Positions 45,275 to 56,048 of a stretch of 64,000 nt of DNA are shown piece after piece. The notes below the pieces were generated by a model. That model saw only the letters and a program-made list of their open reading frames with translations. It was not told the DNA's origin and made no database searches. The first letter of the stretch is position 1; every line of letters starts with the position of its first letter. The DNA is from Pyrinomonadaceae bacterium. Its GTDB lineage: Bacteria > Acidobacteriota > Blastocatellia > Pyrinomonadales > Pyrinomonadaceae. The DNA lies in NCBI GenBank assembly GCA_036009045.1, contig DASYML010000035.1:1066-65065 (forward strand), given 5' to 3'. Both the position numbers and the translations under genes were made by a program.

Positions 45275-46618
45275 ATGAAAGAATCATCCCTTCAAACATC
45301 ATCAAAGAGATTTATTATCCTGCTCGGACTCTCTTTGTTAGTCTTGATTTTTGCGCCCGTAGCGTTTCATGTCATAGCTCAGAACGTACCCCCTGCCAAT
45401 TGTCCTCCGTCAGCTTCAAATCCATGCGCTAATCCGGCAGTCACCAACAAGAAGAGCGCATGGCCGCAGGGCGCACACGTCAATGTCAATATTGATCCGA
45501 CGTTCAGTACGGCTCAAAGGAGCGCCATCGTGCAAAGTTATCAGAACTGGCAAAACGCGGGTGGGGCTAATGGAAATGCATCCGGCGTGAATTTTACCTT
45601 CACGTATAATTCAACTCCTCCATCCATGACTCCACCGGCTGGCACTTACAATTCTCAAGTTTGGAACCAAAATTCTCCGCGAGACCCCGGTCTCGGAGGC
45701 GACAATGCCGTGGTTAATAATGGGACCAACGCTGTCAGTCAGGAAATCTGGGTTAATACGCAAACCACAGACCCCTGCGCCCTGGCCCAAACGGTAGCCC
45801 ACGAGACAGGACATGGCTTTGGATTGGGAGAGTGCTCCGGCTGCGCGGATGGCAGTTCAGCGATGGTTGCGGGAAACAACGGCTATAACAGTTTAAATGG
45901 AACCTACGGGCCTACGTCTTGCGATAGCGCACAGGTCAAAACGACGGGGCAATACTCTGCACCAACTCCGACACCGACGCCGACACCAAGAGTATGTCGC
46001 TGCACGAGAATAGGGGGCTGTCCAGAGGAAGGTAATTGCTACATGGATGAGGCAACGTGCAGGTATGTCTGTAACGGCAGCCCAATCCTCATTGATGTCG
46101 CGGGTAATGGCTTTGACCTGACGGACGGCGCGGGCGGCGTGCAGTTCGATCTCGACAGCGATGGCATGGCGGACGGCTGGGCCTGGACGCTGGCTGGCTC
46201 GGATGATGCCTGGCTCGCGCTTGACCGCAACGGCAACGGCACGATTGATAACGGACAGGAGTTGTTCGGCAACTTTACACCGCAACCACCCTCAACTACG
46301 CCCAATGGTTTTTTAGCCCTCGCTGAGTATGATAAGGCGCAGAGCGGCGGCAACGGCGACGGGGTCATTAACCGTCAGGATGCGATTTTCTATAGTTTGC
46401 GTCTCTGGCAGGATACGAATCATAACGGCATTTCGGAGCCGGAAGAGTTACATACGCTGCTCGAACTTGGTGTGGCTGCCCTGGACCTTGATGACAAGAT
46501 GTCCAGACGCACAGATCAGTACGGCAACCAGTTCCGTTATCGGGCGAAGGTGAGGGACATACACGGCGCGCAAGTCGGACGCTGGGCGTGGGACGTATTC
46601 CTGGTCCACGCTCGTTAG
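45275..46618 (+). CDS. Secreted protein with HExxH metalloprotease-like motif, Pro/Thr linker, Cys-rich knot and EF-hand-like Ca-binding repeats
   Basis: [102 protein letters not shown]. Confidence 0.65.
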   Translation: MKESSLQTSSKRFIILLGLSLLVLIFAPVAFHVIAQNVPPANCPPSASNPCANPAVTNKKSAWPQGAHVNVNIDPTFSTAQRSAIVQSYQNWQNAGGANGNASGVNFTFTYNSTPPSMTPPAGTYNSQVWNQNSPRDPGLGGDNAVVNNGTNAVSQEIWVNTQTTDPCALAQTVAHETGHGFGLGECSGCADGSSAMVAGNNGYNSLNGTYGPTSCDSAQVKTTGQYSAPTPTPTPTPRVCRCTRIGGCPEEGNCYMDEATCRYVCNGSPILIDVAGNGFDLTDGAGGVQFDLDSDGMADGWAWTLAGSDDAWLALDRNGNGTIDNGQELFGNFTPQPPSTTPNGFLALAEYDKAQSGGNGDGVINRQDAIFYSLRLWQDTNHNGISEPEELHTLLELGVAALDLDDKMSRRTDQYGNQFRYRAKVRDIHGAQVGRWAWDVFLVHAR

Positions 46619-46645
46619 CGCCGGAACGCTAGCCAACGCCTTTTT

Positions 46646-47047
46646 TTATTTTTCTTCGACGGGCACTCTGAGCAGGGCCAGTCGTTCGACGACGCGCCCG
46701 TTGAGGAGATGTTCTTCGATGATTTCGGGGACATCTGCTGCGCGAACTTGCGCGTACCAGACGCCGTCGGGGTAGACGAGGACGGCGGCCCCGACGGCGC
46801 AGAAGCCGACCGAGCTACAGTCCGTCAGGATGATGCTGCCTTGCGGATTCTTGCCCTTCTTCTCGTTGCCGAAAAGTATCTTGCGCGCTAAGAGTTCGCG
46901 CGTGAAGGCTTCCTTGACTTCGGCGCTCCCGACCGCCGAACAGGATTTCCCGTTGCAGACGAACACATGATGACGTATCGGCGCGTAGGCCACAGGGGCC
47001 AGCACGCAGACCTTCTCGTTGTCTTTGATGTTTGAGTATTCTTCCAT
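46646..47047 (-). CDS. Thioredoxin-like [2Fe-2S] ferredoxin
   Basis: HHVFVCNGKSC...LTDCSSVGFC...VLVYPDGVWY pattern. Confidence 0.75.
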   Translation of the reverse strand: MEEYSNIKDNEKVCVLAPVAYAPIRHHVFVCNGKSCSAVGSAEVKEAFTRELLARKILFGNEKKGKNPQGSIILTDCSSVGFCAVGAAVLVYPDGVWYAQVRAADVPEIIEEHLLNGRVVERLALLRVPVEEK

Positions 47048-47174
47048 AGTTAATGACGGCCCGTTTCACAGACACGCGGGCAACAGGACATGCTAACACG
47101 AAGCATGTTTGAGGGAAAAACGCGCTCTGGCTCTAGTAATGGTGCAGTTAGCCTTGAGAGAATATGAAAGAGGC

Positions 47175-47275
47175 ATTCACCACCACCGCAGACACAGAGA
47201 ACACAGAGGACGCACAGAGTTATTGAATCAACTCTCTGTGCGTCCTCTCTGCGCTCTGTGTCTGTGGTGGTGAAT
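47175..47275. repeat. Family-A palindromic element, copy 3
   Basis: ATTCACCACCACCGCAGACACAGAGAACACAGAGG...GTCTGTGGTGGTGAAT. The flanks TTGAGaGAATAtGAAAG and CTCAAGaCCAAT are shared with copy 1. Confidence 0.9.
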
Positions 47276-47485
47276 AATAATGTCCAATTTACTCAAGACC
47301 AATTATAACTGCTACCTCCTCTGCGAGAGCTTTGCCAACTGCTTTGCTCGCATCATAACTATTATTGTAAGATGGCCTGTAGAGGCGACCATCGTCGGAC
47401 CGTTGTTGAGTTGAAAGCGGTCTCTGCGTTTGGTTGCCTGATTTCATGTGCGCCTCAAGCCGGGGCGGGGTTTTGAGTACGTTGT

Positions 47486-49135
47486 ATGTCCAACGGGCTG
47501 GTTGTTCACATAGTCTCTGGCGACGACAAGCACACTGAGGTGCTGACGCAAGACCGTATTCGCATTGGTTCGAGCGAAGGCTGCGACGTGCATCTGCGTT
47601 CGTCCGATCTGCCCTTGCCGCCCGGTCAGTTCGGCACTGTGATTGAACTGGCGCGCACCAACGGGCATTATTTCGTCGCCGGATTCGACCGTGGCCTGGA
47701 CATCACGCACAACGGCAGGCCGCTCGAAATCAACAAAAAAATCCGCGACGGGGACGAAGTCCGCATCAACACGACCAACCTGTGGATGACCTTCTTCCCT
47801 TTTCGCGCGCTGCCCGCGCTGGTCCCCGGTTCGAGACATGAAACGCAGGTCGCTCCCTTCATCGAACAGGCAGCGATGGAGGCGGCTGCGACTCCGCGCC
47901 GCGACGATGCCAAAGTCTTCCTGCGCGAATTCACGCGCGAACTCGTGCGAGAGATTAATTGGACCACCAAACTCGTCTCGCTGGTGATCGTCCTCGCGCT
48001 CGTCGTCGGGATGCTCTACATAGGCGCGTCGCTCGTCAAAGAACTTCGCGAGGGGCGTCGCCTGATTGACGCGCAACGCGCGCAGCTTGAGCAGATGAAG
48101 ACGCAGGGCGAAAAAGCCAACGAGCAACTCTCCACGCAGCTTTCGGATTTGGGCAGGTCCAATAAAGAGATACGCGACAGTCTCTCTCTGGCGGTCAAGC
48201 TGCGGAGTGATTTCGGGCGCGGCGTGTGTCTCATCTCCGGCTCTTTCATTTTTGTCGAACAGGGCACGAATCGTCCTCTGCGTTATCCAGAAGCGCAGAC
48301 CAGCGAGGGAGGAACGGCGCTGCAAAGCGGGAACGAGTCGGTTCCTTTGACGCCCGAAGGCAAAGGCACGATTGCCGAATTCGAATTTGTCGGGACGGGC
48401 TTTTACGTCGGCGGCGGGTATGTCCTGACTAACCGGCACGTCGCCCAGCCCTGGATCGCGGACGAACGCGCGCAGAGTTTGAACAGCACGGTCACGGGCA
48501 AGCCGCGCCTGCGTCGTCTCAACGCTTACTTCCCGGACCGCCCGCAACCCATCGGTCTCAAATTTCAGGGCGCGGCGCAGCGCGATGATCTGGCCGTCTG
48601 CACGCTCGACGTGAAGGACATCCCGCAGGGGATTCCGGTCCTGCCACTAGAGAAAAATCAGGACGCGGCTGTGGTCGGAACGACGGTCGTGATGATGGGT
48701 TATCCTTCCGGGCCGGACCGCCTGCTCGCGCTGTTGGACGAAGCGGAGGCGCGCGGGATTCAAGCGCGTTACGGAGGCTCGCTCGAATCGCTGCTCGGCT
48801 TCCTCTCGGATAACAGGCACATCCAACCTCTGACCACGCAGGGACACATCACGGATTTGGACCCGCGCCGCATAGTCTACGACGCGCGCACTTCGGAGGG
48901 CGGCTCCGGCGCTCCGCTCTTCGGCCCGTCGGGCAAAGTGATAGGCATTAACTTCGCCGTCTTCACAGAAAACACAGCCTCGAATTTCGCCGTCCCCGTG
49001 CGCTTTGCGATTCCCGTCTTGCAGCACGCCAACTGGCAGTCACCTGAGCCGCCGGAAAGTGAAGCGAGCGATAATACGAACCAGACTCAAACCAACACGC
49101 GCAGCGCGACAGCCGCCGCCAACACTCAACGATAA
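47486..49135 (+). CDS. FHA domain - TM - coiled coil - trypsin-like (S1/Trypsin_2) serine protease
   Basis: N-terminal FHA-like RIRIGSSEGCDVHL...HNGRPL...GDEVRI. TM LVSLVIVLALVVGMLYI. LTNRHVA (His), DLAVC (Asp), GGSGAPLF (Ser). Confidence 0.8.
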   Translation: MSNGLVVHIVSGDDKHTEVLTQDRIRIGSSEGCDVHLRSSDLPLPPGQFGTVIELARTNGHYFVAGFDRGLDITHNGRPLEINKKIRDGDEVRINTTNLWMTFFPFRALPALVPGSRHETQVAPFIEQAAMEAAATPRRDDAKVFLREFTRELVREINWTTKLVSLVIVLALVVGMLYIGASLVKELREGRRLIDAQRAQLEQMKTQGEKANEQLSTQLSDLGRSNKEIRDSLSLAVKLRSDFGRGVCLISGSFIFVEQGTNRPLRYPEAQTSEGGTALQSGNESVPLTPEGKGTIAEFEFVGTGFYVGGGYVLTNRHVAQPWIADERAQSLNSTVTGKPRLRRLNAYFPDRPQPIGLKFQGAAQRDDLAVCTLDVKDIPQGIPVLPLEKNQDAAVVGTTVVMMGYPSGPDRLLALLDEAEARGIQARYGGSLESLLGFLSDNRHIQPLTTQGHITDLDPRRIVYDARTSEGGSGAPLFGPSGKVIGINFAVFTENTASNFAVPVRFAIPVLQHANWQSPEPPESEASDNTNQTQTNTRSATAAANTQR

Positions 49136-49164
49136 ATGGCCGGATGAATCTCCCCGCGACCTCT

Positions 49165-49194
49165 TTTTACTCTCCCAAATTTTTACTCTCCCAA
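49165..49194. repeat. Perfect 15-bp tandem duplication
   Basis: ttttactctcccaaa repeated twice, just downstream of the protease stop codon. Confidence 0.8.
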
Positions 49195-49222
49195 AACATG
49201 GATTGATAGAGCCAGCGAGCTT

Positions 49223-49250
49223 TTGACAGGCGACTTGGAATAAGTATAAC
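49223..49250 (+). promoter_or_regulatory. Sigma70-like promoter candidate
   Basis: TTGACA at 49223-49228, 16-nt spacer, TATAAC at 49245-49250. Confidence 0.45.
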
Positions 49251-49351
49251 CTTGCTGTTTTTGTTGCCCGCCAGGGTGCGTTCTATGGCCTCGCGGGCAC
49301 ATTATTTGCAAGAAAATTTTTCATTCCGAATTGAGGGAGCACTAATCAATC

Positions 49352-51058
49352 TTGTCCGTATCGGTTGAAACAATGAACACGAGCGTCGCGCCGGAGTTTA
49401 TCGCCGCGTGCAGGGTACGCTCAAAGAGCCGCACGCTCGTCGTCGCGGCGCTGGCCCTGATTATCATGTTGGGCTTCGGTTTTCGCGCGGCTCACCCCGG
49501 AGCAGAAGGTCTCAGCGAGGATGAACTCAACAAGCTGCGCGCCGTCGAAGATTATCGCGCGCACGGATTGACCGCCGCCAACGGCGAGCATCCGATGTTG
49601 ATGAAGGCGTTGCTGACCGCGAGCATCGTCATGGTGGAAGAGTGGAACGAATCATCTTTCGCCGCCGAGCATCAATCCATGCGTGTCTCTACGGAGACGG
49701 CGCTGCGCCTGCCCGGCATCATCCTCGGCGCTTTCACCTCGCTGCTCATTTTTCTCGTCGCCTCCGAACTGTTCGGGACGGAGGTAGGTCTCATCGCGGC
49801 TGCCCTCTGGGCGCTCGACCCGACCGGCATCAGCTTTAGCCGGATAGCGAAGGAAGACAGTTTCTTTCTCTTCTTCTTCCTGCTGGCGAATGTTTTCTGG
49901 CTGCGCGGGCAACGCGTCGCGGAACGCGGGCGCTTTAATCCGAGACCGTATTACTGGGCCACTGCGGCGGCCTTTGGCGCGATGGTCGCTTCCAAATATC
50001 TGCCTTACTTCATCGCCGTCAGTTCGAGTTACTATCATATTTTTCAGGCCATCCCGCAGACGCGCTGGCGACTCGGCAAGAAGCGTTGGGCCATCTTTTT
50101 CGCCATCATGGGCGCGGTCTTTATCCTGTGCAATCCGGCCATCCTGTTGCCGGGCACATGGTACGAGATGAAACTCTTCGCGGGCGAACATCGCATAGGC
50201 CATGATAGTTATGAGTTCATGGGCACGCTCTTTCACAATCAGGTGACGCTGTGGCTCAAGGGTGTGCCGTGGTATTTCTACTTCGTCTTCACGGGCGTGA
50301 AATTGCCTTTGCCGGTTCTCGCGGCTTTTCTGACTGGGTTGCCGCTACTCTTTCGCAAGCGTCTGGGCGACGGTCGCTACTTCATCCTCTTCTGGTTGTT
50401 CTACTGGTTCTTCCCTTTCAGCGTGATGGGAGGCAAGTTCACGCGCTATTACACGCTGGCGCTGCCCGTCGTCCTTATCACAGCGGCGATAGGCATTCAT
50501 TACATTTCGCAACTGGTCCTGCGACTCATCGCGCGTCTTTCCGATAACGAAAAGATGTGGGCTTACGCGCGTGCCTGTGTGCCGACGTTGTTCCTGCTCT
50601 TCCCCGCCATCGCTTCGGCAAACGTCTCGCCGCATTATCGTCTGTACATGAACGCGTTCGGCGGTGTTGAGACAAGCGCGGGAACTCTTTTCCCGCACGA
50701 CGAATTTTATGACGCGAGCGTGCGTGACGCGGTCGTTGAAATCGCGCGACGAGCGCGGCCCGGCGCACGCGTCGCCAGCGAAACGCCCGCGCTCGTCACG
50801 TATTACGCCCAACTCGCGGGGAGAGGCGATCTGGTCTCGCTCTCGCTCTCCGAGCGAGAGGAGATGCGACAGTTCACAGCAGGCGATTTCGTCATCGTCG
50901 CGCGCGGGCGCAGGTACTTCAGCAACGAAGCGCTGGTGAATAAATTACAGGGGACGAGCGCTCCGGCGGCGAGGGTTGCGCTCGGCGATGTTCCAGCCGT
51001 CAGCATCTACATGCTGGATGAGAAATCGCGCGCGGCCATCTCCGAAATCGTCAAATGA
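49352..51058 (+). CDS. GT-C fold glycosyltransferase (family 39 / ArnT-PMT-like)
   Basis: Multi-TM protein with RLPGIILGAFTSLLIFLVASELFG...ALDPTGISFSRIAKEDSFFLFFF, typical of the PMT_2 type. Start is TTG 49352 or ATG 49373. Confidence 0.75.
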   Translation: MSVSVETMNTSVAPEFIAACRVRSKSRTLVVAALALIIMLGFGFRAAHPGAEGLSEDELNKLRAVEDYRAHGLTAANGEHPMLMKALLTASIVMVEEWNESSFAAEHQSMRVSTETALRLPGIILGAFTSLLIFLVASELFGTEVGLIAAALWALDPTGISFSRIAKEDSFFLFFFLLANVFWLRGQRVAERGRFNPRPYYWATAAAFGAMVASKYLPYFIAVSSSYYHIFQAIPQTRWRLGKKRWAIFFAIMGAVFILCNPAILLPGTWYEMKLFAGEHRIGHDSYEFMGTLFHNQVTLWLKGVPWYFYFVFTGVKLPLPVLAAFLTGLPLLFRKRLGDGRYFILFWLFYWFFPFSVMGGKFTRYYTLALPVVLITAAIGIHYISQLVLRLIARLSDNEKMWAYARACVPTLFLLFPAIASANVSPHYRLYMNAFGGVETSAGTLFPHDEFYDASVRDAVVEIARRARPGARVASETPALVTYYAQLAGRGDLVSLSLSEREEMRQFTAGDFVIVARGRRYFSNEALVNKLQGTSAPAARVALGDVPAVSIYMLDEKSRAAISEIVK

Positions 51059-51381
51059 TATGCAGGCGGCGGCAACGCCTGGCGAGTCTTCCTGCATCGC
51101 AAGGGGGATTATTTAGCCTCTTGGACCAGCGCGGTATATGATTTGCCATTGGTTTACCTCGTCTTCGAGTAGTTGAACTTTGATTGAAGCGGTCTCGTCC
51201 AGTCCCCTGATCCTGCGATGCGCGCGAATATTGACGAGCAGCATGCGCCGCTGATTTAAGAGACCGCTTCTCATCCTGACCCGCTGCGCCGGATAATTTG
51301 TGCGGGAAGCGCAGTTGATTCGCTCCTCCTGGAGCGTTTTCGAGGGAAGATAAATTTATCAAGGGGACAAAGGATGACAGG

Positions 51382-53430
51382 ATGAAGAAATTCTCCTCAG
51401 TGCAACTTGCGCGGCGAGTTGGCGGCATATTCTTCTCACTCTTCCTGACGCTCTCGCCCGCACACTCAATTCTCAATTGCTCCGCGCAGACCAACGAAAC
51501 AGCGCCAGCCGCGCCCGCGAAAGAAGGGGCGGCGACGAGCGAATCCCTCTTCCATCTGGAGAAGACGGAGGTCGCGGGCGGCGCGGAACTGCTCACCATC
51601 TTCGGAGAGCTTAAGGGCTTGGACGGGCTTGACGACGAGAGCGCGTCCGTGCCGCTTGTCAGTGTCCTGCGCGATACGCTGAACGACCGCGACCCTGAGA
51701 ATGATCGCCTGCGCTACATGTGGATGCTGACTTACACGAAGCCTTCTTCTAAACAGCGTCTGGCCGCCGCGATTCCCTTTCTCTACAACCGCGTCGGCAA
51801 TAAAGGACATGCCGGGAAGGGCGCACCGCCGCCGATTCTCGACCTCTCCGAGACGGAGCATGAAGTGTGGCAGAAGATTTTCTGGTCCACCCTGCAAAAC
51901 GTCTTCCTTGATTCCTACGGCCTGCCCGTCAAGTTTTCGTCGCGCAATTTCCGTCGCAACCTCGGCGAGTATCGCAAGGCGCACATCCTGCGCGCGCTGG
52001 CCGTCCTCTCGCTCTATCAATCAACCACCGGAGCCGCGCCCGCCCTCACAGATGCCGAGATGCGCGACATGCAGGCGCGTTTGATGCTGACGGACAAAAT
52101 CTTCGGCGGCATCGTTGACGAGATTAACCTCGAACACGTTTATCAGAAGGGCACGAGTGAGCTACACGACACGCGCGGCCATAACTGGGAACTCCTGCGT
52201 CAGCGCGCGGAAGCCGAGTCGCTCTTTTTCGACCCGCTCGAAATGCCGGACGGCAGCGCCACTCACGCCATCGTGTGGGCCACTAAATCGGACCTTTTGA
52301 ACAATCATGAGCGACCCTTCAATAAACGCTTTCTGAATGTAGAGAGTCCCTGGCAGGACCGACGGCTGCTTAATTGGACCGGCTATACGGAGACCAGATA
52401 CTTCGACGCGGAGCATCATCAAGTCTCATCAGACACCCCCGGCGCGCGCCCTGTAGAGATGATTCCGCTCGCGCTCTACGGATTGGACCACCCGAAGATA
52501 CCGATTCTGCTCGTGGACTTTCGCAGTCGTCTCAACCCGAAAGAGCGAGAGATGTCGCGCCGCGTCTTTCAGGATGTGACGCGCACGATGCTTGGGTTTT
52601 CGCGTTTCGGAGACCTGCCCTTTTTCGTGAGCCGCACCGTCTATGAGTTCGTCACGGGCAGGCGCGGGATGGACCTTAACCAACCGTCTCGGCTGCGCGC
52701 CTACTCGCAGTTGAAGTTGCTGTTATCGCTCGATGCCTCGCTGGACCCGCAGTTGCGCGACGAGGTCAGCGAGCGGCTCGAACGCGTCTCGCTCAACCCT
52801 CTGGAAAACAGTCTTGAGACGGAGGCGCAGCTTGCGCGCGAGCAGTACGCGGCGCTCATGGAGTACGCCAAGAAGCCGGACGGTTTGCCCGCGCGACTTG
52901 ATAGAGATCGCCGCGCGGAGATGGTCCCGCTCAAGCATGGTCGCGCGGAGCAAGCCATGTTGCGTCTCGGAAACGTTCTCAGCTTCGGTCTCTACACGCA
53001 CCGCGAGCGGGCCACGGATGAACTCGCGGAACGCCTTGAGACGCAGCGTCGTCTGGCCTATCACGGACGCTTTTTGCGCGAGGTAGCTAAGTCCAGCCCG
53101 CAGGTCGAAGTAGTCTGGAACATGGACGAGGTGAAGCGCAGTTTGAACTTTATCGCGGAGCACGGGACCGTGGACGAAGGCAAGGCTGCGAAGGCTGCGG
53201 CGCTCATCTTCGCGCGCACGTCCGACACGGAGGCGCGCGAGCTATGCCTCAAATGTCTCTATCGCATCAACAACGAGACGGCGAAAAATGAGTTGCTGCG
53301 TATCGCTCAAGATCAAAAGGTTGAAGCACGCTGGCGTCATATGACCGTCGAATATCTCAAGGCCATGAATGAGTCGCGGCGTCCCGCACCGTCGGAGAGC
53401 AAAGCCAACAGCGCTTCCGGTGAGCAATGA
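51382..53430 (+). CDS. Exported 682-aa protein of unknown family (HEAT-like C-terminus)
   Basis: Signal-like GGIFFSLFLTLSPAHS. No catalytic motif recognised. The stop overlaps the next start (ATGA). Confidence 0.6.
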   Translation: MKKFSSVQLARRVGGIFFSLFLTLSPAHSILNCSAQTNETAPAAPAKEGAATSESLFHLEKTEVAGGAELLTIFGELKGLDGLDDESASVPLVSVLRDTLNDRDPENDRLRYMWMLTYTKPSSKQRLAAAIPFLYNRVGNKGHAGKGAPPPILDLSETEHEVWQKIFWSTLQNVFLDSYGLPVKFSSRNFRRNLGEYRKAHILRALAVLSLYQSTTGAAPALTDAEMRDMQARLMLTDKIFGGIVDEINLEHVYQKGTSELHDTRGHNWELLRQRAEAESLFFDPLEMPDGSATHAIVWATKSDLLNNHERPFNKRFLNVESPWQDRRLLNWTGYTETRYFDAEHHQVSSDTPGARPVEMIPLALYGLDHPKIPILLVDFRSRLNPKEREMSRRVFQDVTRTMLGFSRFGDLPFFVSRTVYEFVTGRRGMDLNQPSRLRAYSQLKLLLSLDASLDPQLRDEVSERLERVSLNPLENSLETEAQLAREQYAALMEYAKKPDGLPARLDRDRRAEMVPLKHGRAEQAMLRLGNVLSFGLYTHRERATDELAERLETQRRLAYHGRFLREVAKSSPQVEVVWNMDEVKRSLNFIAEHGTVDEGKAAKAAALIFARTSDTEARELCLKCLYRINNETAKNELLRIAQDQKVEARWRHMTVEYLKAMNESRRPAPSESKANSASGEQ

Positions 53431-56042
53431 GCGAAGTCAAATGCACGGAAGGTAAGAGACTGCATCACACCGGCTCTTCAACGTCCGGCGTCTTCGCGCG
53501 CTTGCGCTTACTCGCTTACCCTTTCTTCGCCTCGCCTTTACTGGTCCTGGCTATCTTGCTGCTCTGGCAGGCGACATCGTTCGCGCAATCAGCGCAACGC
53601 GTCGTCCTGATTAAAGTTGACGGCCTGCCGCACGACACGGTTGACCGCTTCGTGCGCGAGCGCAACCCGCGCACGGGCAAGAGCCTGCTGCCCTGGATTG
53701 AAGAGGTCTTTTATCAAAAGGGCACGCGCGTCGCCAATTTTTACGTGCGCGGGATGAGCCTTTCCGGGCCTTCCTGGTCGCTGCTGGACACGGGCCAGCA
53801 CCTACAGATTAAGGGCAACGTGGAGTTTGACCGTTTCACTTTGCACTCTTACGACTATCTCAACTTTCTTCCCTTCTACGTCGAGAACGCCGCGCGCAAG
53901 CGTATAGATATGCCCGGACCTGAAGTGCTGGACGAGTTAGGACTGCCGCTGTTGATGGACGCCTTCGCCAACGACGAGCGTTATGCCAGCTTTCAGCTTT
54001 ACCAGCGCGGCCTACGTTGGACCACCTTACAGCGTAGCGCGCAGAACGGTTTCCTGCGCGACCCGCGCGAACTCTTAGACGAATGGACCATCGGCTTAGA
54101 GACGCGCAATATCGTCTTCACACAGACCGAGCGCGAGTTGAGAGAGAAGCTGGACAATCCGCGCATACATTATCTGGACCTGTACGTTACGGGGTTCGAC
54201 CACGCGGCGCACCATAACCGCGACCGCGAGACGAAGCTCGCGGCGTTGCAGGATATAGATGCACTCATCGGGCGCGTCTGGACGGGGATTCAACAATCGT
54301 CGCTGGCGGACCAGACGGTGCTCATCATGCTCTCGGACCACGGCTTTAATTCGGACGAGCAGATTTACAGCCAGGGCTACAATCTGGTCAAGCTGCTCGG
54401 CTCCGCGCAGGGCGGAGGCCATCACGTCATCACCAAGCGCCGTTTGATGATGGACTATGCCATCAAGAGCATCTACCCGCTCGTGCCTCTCATCACGACG
54501 ACCACCAAAGAGTCCTTCTATCTCAAGGGGCAGAGCACGGACTATCCGACGGCGCTGCTGGATTTCGACGGCAACGAGCGCTCGTCCATTCACCTGCGCG
54601 ATAGCGACCTCAACGTGTTGCACATCCTGCTCCAACAACTTCAGCACAAGGATGTGCCAGCGCCCACGCGCAAGGCTTTGACCGGCGCGTTCTTCGAGAC
54701 GCTGGACCGCAACCGCGCGAACTGGAATGAAGAGTTGGCCCAACTTAATGATGAACTCGGCGCGCTTCATCGTCTCATCGAAAAACAGCGCACGCTGGTT
54801 CTCGCACAGCCGAAGAAGTGGACCAAAGAAGAGACGGACAGGGGCCTGGATAAGGAGGCCATGCGCCACGCGGCGCGACTCGATTCATGGCTTGAGGACG
54901 AGCGACAGTACGCCGCTTATGCGCGCACGCTCGGCAACCTGCTCGCGCAGAGGCCGGACAGTTTCGATCCGCCGCATCTGAAAATAGAGGATGTCATCGC
55001 AAAGGGCGCGATGGGCGACCATAACAACATCTACAAATTGCAGAACTACGTAGTGGGCATCGCGCCCGGCGGGTTGGTCCTCAACGCGGACGGGATGCTC
55101 AACACACACGAGAGCTTCGCGCGCGTTGATTATTTCTCGCTGCTGCGCGACGTGGCCCTGCGTAATAACGTGCAGCAAGGGTTGGACAAGCATCCTGTGG
55201 ACTTCGTCGCCACGCGTATCCCCTCAGCATCAATCGCGCCTGCGCTCGAAGCCGGGACGCGCGGGAGCGGCGACCCCTTGTGGCTTTACGCCGGAGCGTC
55301 GCAGCAGGCTTTAATCCTCTCGCGCGAGGAACAGGGCGGCGGGCTGAGCCTGCGTTACCTGCCCATCAAGGCTCTGACGCAGGACGCGTCCGGGAAGATA
55401 CGTTTTGAGAGCGCGCCTTTGCATGAGGGATTGCCGCTCAAGATTTTGGAGGACCAAAAACTGCGCGTGCCCGAAGGCGCGTCGCGCACGGACTGGTTGA
55501 GCGACTGGCACACGGACCTGGACTGGTTGCGCGCGTTGCATAAAACAGCATACTCTAACGGCTTGATCGGCCTCCATGAGCAGTTGATACACCACGCGGT
55601 CGAGCCTCTGCTCGTAGACGCGCCCGGCCGCTCTTCTGACGAGCGGCTGTTGCGCCGTTTCCGCAATCGCCAGCGCACGCTTGTCGAAGCGGACTTGCTC
55701 GTGATGGCGAACGACCACTGGAATTTCGATGTGCGCGGCTTTAATCCGGGTGGCAATCATGGCTCGCTGTTCCGCATCTCGACGCACTCGACGTTGATGC
55801 TGGCGGGAGGCGCGGACACGGGCATTCCGCGCGGCGGGGTGGTTGAAGAGCCTTATGACAGTTTGAGTTTTGTGCCGACCGTGCTGGCGCTCATGGGCAA
55901 GTTGCGACGCGACGGGCGCGTGCCGGTCCCTGTGCTGTGGGAGAGAGGCTTTCGCCCGTTTCCCGGACGCATCATCGAAGAGGCTCTGGGTGGGCCAACT
56001 CGCGGCAACCCAACGGTGACGCCGATTGCCAGAGGACATTGA
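53427..56042 (+). CDS. Membrane-anchored alkaline-phosphatase-superfamily protein (phosphodiesterase/pyrophosphatase-like) with large unknown C-terminal half
   Basis: VVLIKVDGLPHD, YVTGFDHAAHHN and LIMLSDHGF metal-site-like blocks. N-terminal TM helix. Confidence 0.7.
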   Translation: MSEVKCTEGKRLHHTGSSTSGVFARLRLLAYPFFASPLLVLAILLLWQATSFAQSAQRVVLIKVDGLPHDTVDRFVRERNPRTGKSLLPWIEEVFYQKGTRVANFYVRGMSLSGPSWSLLDTGQHLQIKGNVEFDRFTLHSYDYLNFLPFYVENAARKRIDMPGPEVLDELGLPLLMDAFANDERYASFQLYQRGLRWTTLQRSAQNGFLRDPRELLDEWTIGLETRNIVFTQTERELREKLDNPRIHYLDLYVTGFDHAAHHNRDRETKLAALQDIDALIGRVWTGIQQSSLADQTVLIMLSDHGFNSDEQIYSQGYNLVKLLGSAQGGGHHVITKRRLMMDYAIKSIYPLVPLITTTTKESFYLKGQSTDYPTALLDFDGNERSSIHLRDSDLNVLHILLQQLQHKDVPAPTRKALTGAFFETLDRNRANWNEELAQLNDELGALHRLIEKQRTLVLAQPKKWTKEETDRGLDKEAMRHAARLDSWLEDERQYAAYARTLGNLLAQRPDSFDPPHLKIEDVIAKGAMGDHNNIYKLQNYVVGIAPGGLVLNADGMLNTHESFARVDYFSLLRDVALRNNVQQGLDKHPVDFVATRIPSASIAPALEAGTRGSGDPLWLYAGASQQALILSREEQGGGLSLRYLPIKALTQDASGKIRFESAPLHEGLPLKILEDQKLRVPEGASRTDWLSDWHTDLDWLRALHKTAYSNGLIGLHEQLIHHAVEPLLVDAPGRSSDERLLRRFRNRQRTLVEADLLVMANDHWNFDVRGFNPGGNHGSLFRISTHSTLMLAGGADTGIPRGGVVEEPYDSLSFVPTVLALMGKLRRDGRVPVPVLWERGFRPFPGRIIEEALGGPTRGNPTVTPIARGH

Positions 56043-56048
56043 GTCAGT

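Noticed and set aside
47444-48547. 367-aa minus-strand ORF opposite the FHA-protease gene
   Set aside because: Arg/Ala/Pro-rich composition typical of antisense shadow ORFs in high-GC DNA. The plus-strand ORF has recognisable FHA and trypsin motifs.
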